A stretch of 63,100 nucleotides of DNA, filler included, from Intoshia linei (Eukaryota; Animalia; Orthonectida): NCBI GenBank assembly GCA_001642005.1. It is 6 parts of 6 records of this genome, joined end to end, with 100 filler letters (N's around TTAATTAATTAA, not from the genome) between each part and the next. Parts side by side here need not be neighbours in the genome. Positions count along the whole stretch, not along the records: positions 48,859 to 60,174 come from LWCA01001179.1; positions 60,275 to 63,100 come from LWCA01002254.1; 4 more parts are not named here. One strand, given 5' to 3'. This document shows positions 58,501 through 63,100 of this stretch, one piece after another; the first letter of the stretch is position 1; every line of letters begins with the position of its first letter. The notes beneath the pieces were generated by a model. That model had not been told where the DNA came from. It made no database searches and saw only the letters and a list, made by a program, of their open reading frames with translations. Position numbers and translations under genes: made by a program.

Positions 58501-60174
58501 AGTTGACCAATGAGTGACGCAAGATACTTTAAGATTTATTTTCTTAACTGATGTTTTCAGAAAATATAGTAGTCTGAATGTTTAAAAAATCATAAATTCA
58601 TTTTTCTTGAAATTTAGTTTTTTGAAAATGGTCGAAATTTATTAACTTTTTAAGAATAAGAATATTTTTTAGTGATTCAAAATTATGTTTCTAGATAATA
58701 ATGTAAAATTAACACTAATTGTTTCTTTTTAAATGTTTCTGAGAGAAGCTCACGGTGCATAAACTATAGAGCAGTGATTCCCTATTCAAATAGTGTACCG
58801 ACTCTTATTTCAAAATATTTATTTTTTTGGAACTAAAGGAAACATGAAATAAAGAAAATTTATGAAAAATTAATTAAATTGTCAACATCCGGCAACTCTA
58901 TAATAGATATTAAAATTTATCCTATAAAAATAAACGAAAGTTGACAAAATTTTTTGTATAGTTTATTTGAATCTCATAGACTTAGGCATATAGTTTTGGA
59001 CCACTAAGGGGCGAAATACCTTAATTGGGAACCACTGCTATAGAGGGAAACATCGTTTTAAATACTGATGATTTGGTATCGTAAAATATTTAATAAAAAT
59101 TTGTAATTTCTGAAAAATGTAATGCTTTATTCTCGTAATTTGATGGTGGAATAGCGACCACCCTTCTAGTTATCATTTGTAAGTTAATTTAAAAAGTGCA
59201 TTATCTTCATTGAATAATTTAGGCTACTAAATCAAAAAGACCGATTATTTTACCTATAACTTTTATGGACGGTGTTACACATACAGTATTGACAGATTCG
59301 GGTAATTTTATTAATAAAATTGATTGATTAATTATAATTATAGTGAAAAATTTTTAATTTTATGTTAACAGACTATAAAATTAGTGATTTATAACTGTTG
59401 CAGAATTTATATTTTTTTAAAGCTTTTAAAGACTCTTTTCATTTTCGTTATGATTTATTAATTTACGTTAAATGCAGTCTAAGGCCTTATTAACGGATTT
59501 TTTTTTAATGCAAATACAAATTCAACGGAAAAATTATAATTTATTAGTATTGAAATTTATATGAACCAAAATTCCGATAATAAAAAAAATTTTTATTCTA
59601 GAACAAAATTCTATTATTTTTAACAGACTATTCTAAAGCTTAAAGGGTTTTAGTCATTTTGCGAAAGGTCTGAATTTTCGAACGATCCATATAATATATG
59701 TTATTATAAAATCCCTGACAAATTGATTCGAAATAATAAACGAAAACTAAAAACGAAAATATTTTTTCGTATTTTTACACACCCATCATAATATTTTTGT
59801 AAAATTGGTGAAATTTTTATATTTAAAAATTAAATTTTTTTATATAGCTACAACATCAGCGGAACTTTGTCAACATTTATCAGAAACATTATTGTTAAAA
59901 GATATATTCGGATTTTCTATTTACATTTCACTATACGATAAAGTAATTCATATTAAAAATGAATAAAAAAACTATGTAAATTTTAGGTTTCATCTCTTGG
60001 TAGTGGATTAGATCATGTTATGGATGCCATAAGCCAATGTGAACAATATGCAAAAGAACAAGGAGCATCAGAAAGAAATGCACCTTGGCGCTTATTCTTT
60101 AGAAAAGAAATATTCACACCATGGCACGATCCTAGATTGGATTCAATAGCTACAAAACTAATTTACCAGCAATT
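49583..60174 (+). CDS. MYO7A: Myosin VIIa-like (crinkled), 3' part lost at gap
   Basis: Exons 49583-49594, 49634-49750, 50024-50171, 53529-53713, 55003-58058, 58100-58374, 59223-59301, 59848-59942, 59987-gap. [30 protein letters not shown] region, MyTH4 (LRDEIYCQ) and FERM start ([15 protein letters not shown]). Confidence 0.93.
51206..51413. mobile_element. Buster-type hAT MITE (same family as 39075)
   Basis: TIRs CAGTGGTTTTTAACC / GGTTGAAAACCACTC; 8-bp TSD GTGTAGAC. Confidence 0.92.
52285..53179 (-). mobile_element. Internally deleted pogo/Tigger element with degenerate HTH domains
   Basis: TA|CAGTGGTTTCTGTACAATATGAAT ... ATTCATATTGAACAGAAACCACTG|TA; subterminal ATTCATAT repeats; INDKIKLIK...[11 protein letters not shown] and ILKEMALEI...DFKASTG. 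Confidence 0.88.
54090..54513 (+). pseudogene. Second, more degenerate Tc3-like transposase fragment
   Basis: [16 protein letters not shown]; [26 protein letters not shown]; WLSKSPDL. Homologous to 11400-11770. Confidence 0.8.
58772..59037. mobile_element. Buster-type hAT MITE (second family)
   Basis: TIRs CAGTGATTCCC / GGGAACCACTG; 8-bp TSD CTATAGAG. Related ends at ~22660, ~28946 and 62530. Confidence 0.9.
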
Positions 60175-61863
60175 NNNNNNNNNNNNNNNNNNNNNNNNNN
60201 NNNNNNNNNNNNNNNNNNTTAATTAATTAANNNNNNNNNNNNNNNNNNNNNNNNNNNNNNNNNNNNNNNNNNNNTCTTCATTTGGGATCCGCTGTACTAT
60301 AATAAATGAATTTGTCATAAAAAGTCATTATTTTTGGAAAATGTTATTTTTTTTTGAATTTTTAATCATAAATAAATTGCCCTACTAAGGATATATGAAT
60401 TTTCTAATCAGTATTCGTATAAATTCATTCTCAAAGACACTGCCATGTATAAATAAATATATACAAAGTTGTATATTTATATATGCACTTTTAAAACATA
60501 ATTTTTTTACAAAACCTTAAAGTGGAGGGTTTATTAAGCTTTTTTTAATCAACTCTTGAAGGGTAATTTTAGAGTATTTTTTTAACCAAATCCTTGAAGG
60601 GGGATTTTTAGATTATTTTTAAATTGTAATTGATATTAGTAGCTTTTTTGAACTTATACATTGATCATTGGAACATCCCAATTAATTATAGTTGTCTTTA
60701 CATTTTTATCATCATTTTCAATCATTTATCGAGAAGGCTAAAGCAAGACAAAATGTTTTTGAAATGTAAAAGTAAATATTCTAAAATCTAAAAATCCCCT
60801 TCAAGGGTTGGTTAAAAATATAATCTGAAAATTTCAAAAGTTCATATATAGATGAACCAATGTGCATATATAAGTGAACAACTCTGTAATATACTCAAAT
60901 TCTAAATACCTAAGTATTTTTGTAACACCATGAATTAACAAATGCAAAAATTTTTTTGTAAAGCGCATAGAAATATAAATAATAACTATGCAATTAATTA
61001 TTATTATATATACAATACATATGTATATGAATGTATAATCAAATTATAAAAATGTGGAAAGTAGATTCCTTCACATTTTGTTATGAATTATTAATGACAT
61101 ATTGTGATAAATGTTTATAAGTATAAATAAATTACATCCTATTAATAATATTCATAAAGTTTAATTTATTTGTAAAGTTTCACATGATTAATTATTTTAC
61201 AGTTGCTTTTACATTTAATAAATAATTACCGCTTGCTATAATAAATGTTTTAACAATGTTTAAATGTAAATTAGATTTGAATAAGTTTATTGCATTGATC
61301 AATAAAACCATATTCAATCATTTCGTAGAAAATGCAAATAATAGTGTGTCTGGTTTGACTTCATATTTCCACGTCACTTATTTCTTTACAATAATGGTAT
61401 GTAATGAAGATTTCAATTTCAGAGATTGAAAAGCATTTTAGTAATAAGCCGTTTTATTTAGTAGTAGTAATAAAATAATAATAATACTTATTATTAGTAA
61501 TAATTTTAGTATAAAATGTAAATGTAAACTAGAATATAAAATATTACATCCACCTAAATTATAAATGTAATATAATGTAAAACGTATTTTAATATATAAC
61601 GGGAATTTCCAATAGGGCCTATTCCCTCCGGGTGGCCAAGTATAAACCAATAAAAATATTATATATGAAACGTAAACGATTGAAATGAAATAATTACAAG
61701 ATTTCGCAGATTCTAATGCAAATGGTTTATCTGTTTTAATATTTTGATTCAATAAATTAAGGAATTCCTTGTCGTTACCAATATCTATATTTATATTTTA
61801 TTAACAATTATCAACGTATCGATAACTTTCATTGAATATTTCATGTAAATAATTTCCAAAAAT

Positions 61864-61914
61864 CCGCTTATAGTGATCAAAATTAGTCTATCTCAATGAG
61901 ATCACTATAAGCGG
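61864..61914. repeat. 15-bp perfect inverted repeat, probably a pogo/Tigger-like terminus
   Basis: CCGCTTATAGTGATC ... GATCACTATAAGCGG with 21-nt spacer. Confidence 0.6.
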
Positions 61915-62099
61915 TTCCTAATGTATTATATTTTGATTAAATTTTTATAAACTAATTATAAACTTACTTCCTTTGTAGTTTTCACATCGTAATACTAAAT
62001 TAAATTTATATTTGATTATAGTGTATATTACATGTACTATTTACCATATTAAGGTGTCACATTTGTGGTAACATTTAACAAATTAAAGTACGTTTGGAG

Positions 62100-62530
62100 T
62101 AGTGGTTCCCGATTGGGGTCCCTGAATTTCAAATTCAAATAAATAATTTTTATCAACTTTTGTTTATTTTTATGGGAGAATTTGTAGTATTTATTACAGA
62201 GTTGCCAGATGTTGGGAATTATTCTTAAAGCTTAGACGACCGCTACATTATTATTTAAAAATTCCCACTTTTATCCCACCATTAATAAAATTTAATAAAA
62301 AATACCATTTAAAACCATTACAAAATAATCCCCTTTCTCCAATTTTATCAAAGTAAAAGATAAATATCGCGTTTTTCCACTATTATTTTGAAAAACACGA
62401 TTTTACTAAATCTTATGAGAAAAAACCTTTAATTTTTTCATAAATGTTTTATATTTCATGTTTCCTTTGGGATCCAAAAAATAAATATTTTGAAATGGGG
62501 TCCGTACACTATTTGAATCGGGAACAACTG
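62100..62530. mobile_element. hAT MITE (family of 58772), TSD decayed
   Basis: TAGTGGTTCCCGATT ... AATCGGGAACAACTG. Confidence 0.7.
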
Positions 62531-62586
62531 ATGTCGAGTAAATCAAGAAAACGAGAGTCAAAAGTAGAGTCGACAAAGGCAATTTT

Positions 62587-63100
62587 TTATGGCACTAAAA
62601 AATTTCTAGCACTAAAACTATTTACAACGTTGACAATACGAGGAAAATTGTCACAATACCAAAAAATTGCCATCAACCAACTATCCCATCTCGTAACAAT
62701 TGGTTCCGATGGTTTACCTATTTCATAAAATAATTTCTTTCGTTCACGATTTTTAACAATCGAGTTTTTTACAGACGCTATCATAAAATCAACGTCTGTA
62801 AAATTGGATCTTATCTTCATAGCACAGTTGTGTACTAAATGTGATGTGCAAGTAACGTGAAACAGCATATTGTACATTGGTTTCAGGTAACGAGACGCAC
62901 AGGTCATGTATCTAGCAGCATCCGTTAATAAAAGGATAAAATTTTCTCTTTTTATATTCATATTTCTTATGGTATCATCAATAATCTGTGTTATCATTGT
63001 AGCATTTGGAGATACTGATATGTGTCTCAACCCAACTAAATATTTCGTATGGGGTTCATCCAATGTTCCCATCAAAATATTGATATATTTTTCTCCAACA
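62587..63100 (-). pseudogene. hAT-like (DUF659/CGGBP1-related) transposase fragment
   Basis: LLLTDAARYM, LFHVTCTSHLVHNCA (CxxH), PEPIVTRW-like motif; premature stop; extends past the window edge. Confidence 0.75.

Overview
Very AT-rich eukaryotic (animal) genomic scaffold, not prokaryotic. It has at least six contigs joined by 100-nt artificial N spacers carrying TTAATTAATTAA. Genes are fast-evolving and have mostly tiny (~33-55 nt) GT-AG introns plus a few large transposon-filled ones. This architecture suggests a compact parasite genome such as the orthonectid Intoshia (inference only). Host genes: an orphan coiled-coil gene, an SLC10 bile-acid/Na+ symporter-like gene, an orphan 7-8TM protein, an intact DDE-less CENP-B/Tigger-type protein, casein kinase 1 alpha (first exon only), PP2A scaffold A subunit, YEATS4/GAS41, a divergent TM9SF3, a conventional PKC, and myosin VIIa (cut by a gap). 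Intergenic DNA and long introns hold a non-autonomous Helitron family, Buster-type hAT MITEs with 8-bp TSDs, Tc3-like, pogo/Tigger, Merlin, MULE and hAT relics, and a CR1/L2 LINE tail. Most notable: (1) two alternative C-terminal V5 exons in PKC that resemble vertebrate PKC betaII/betaI; (2) a probably domesticated mini-CENP-B; (3) host-sized mini-introns inside DNA transposons; (4) a 3-kb intronless block in myosin VIIa; (5) modular, nested Helitrons.
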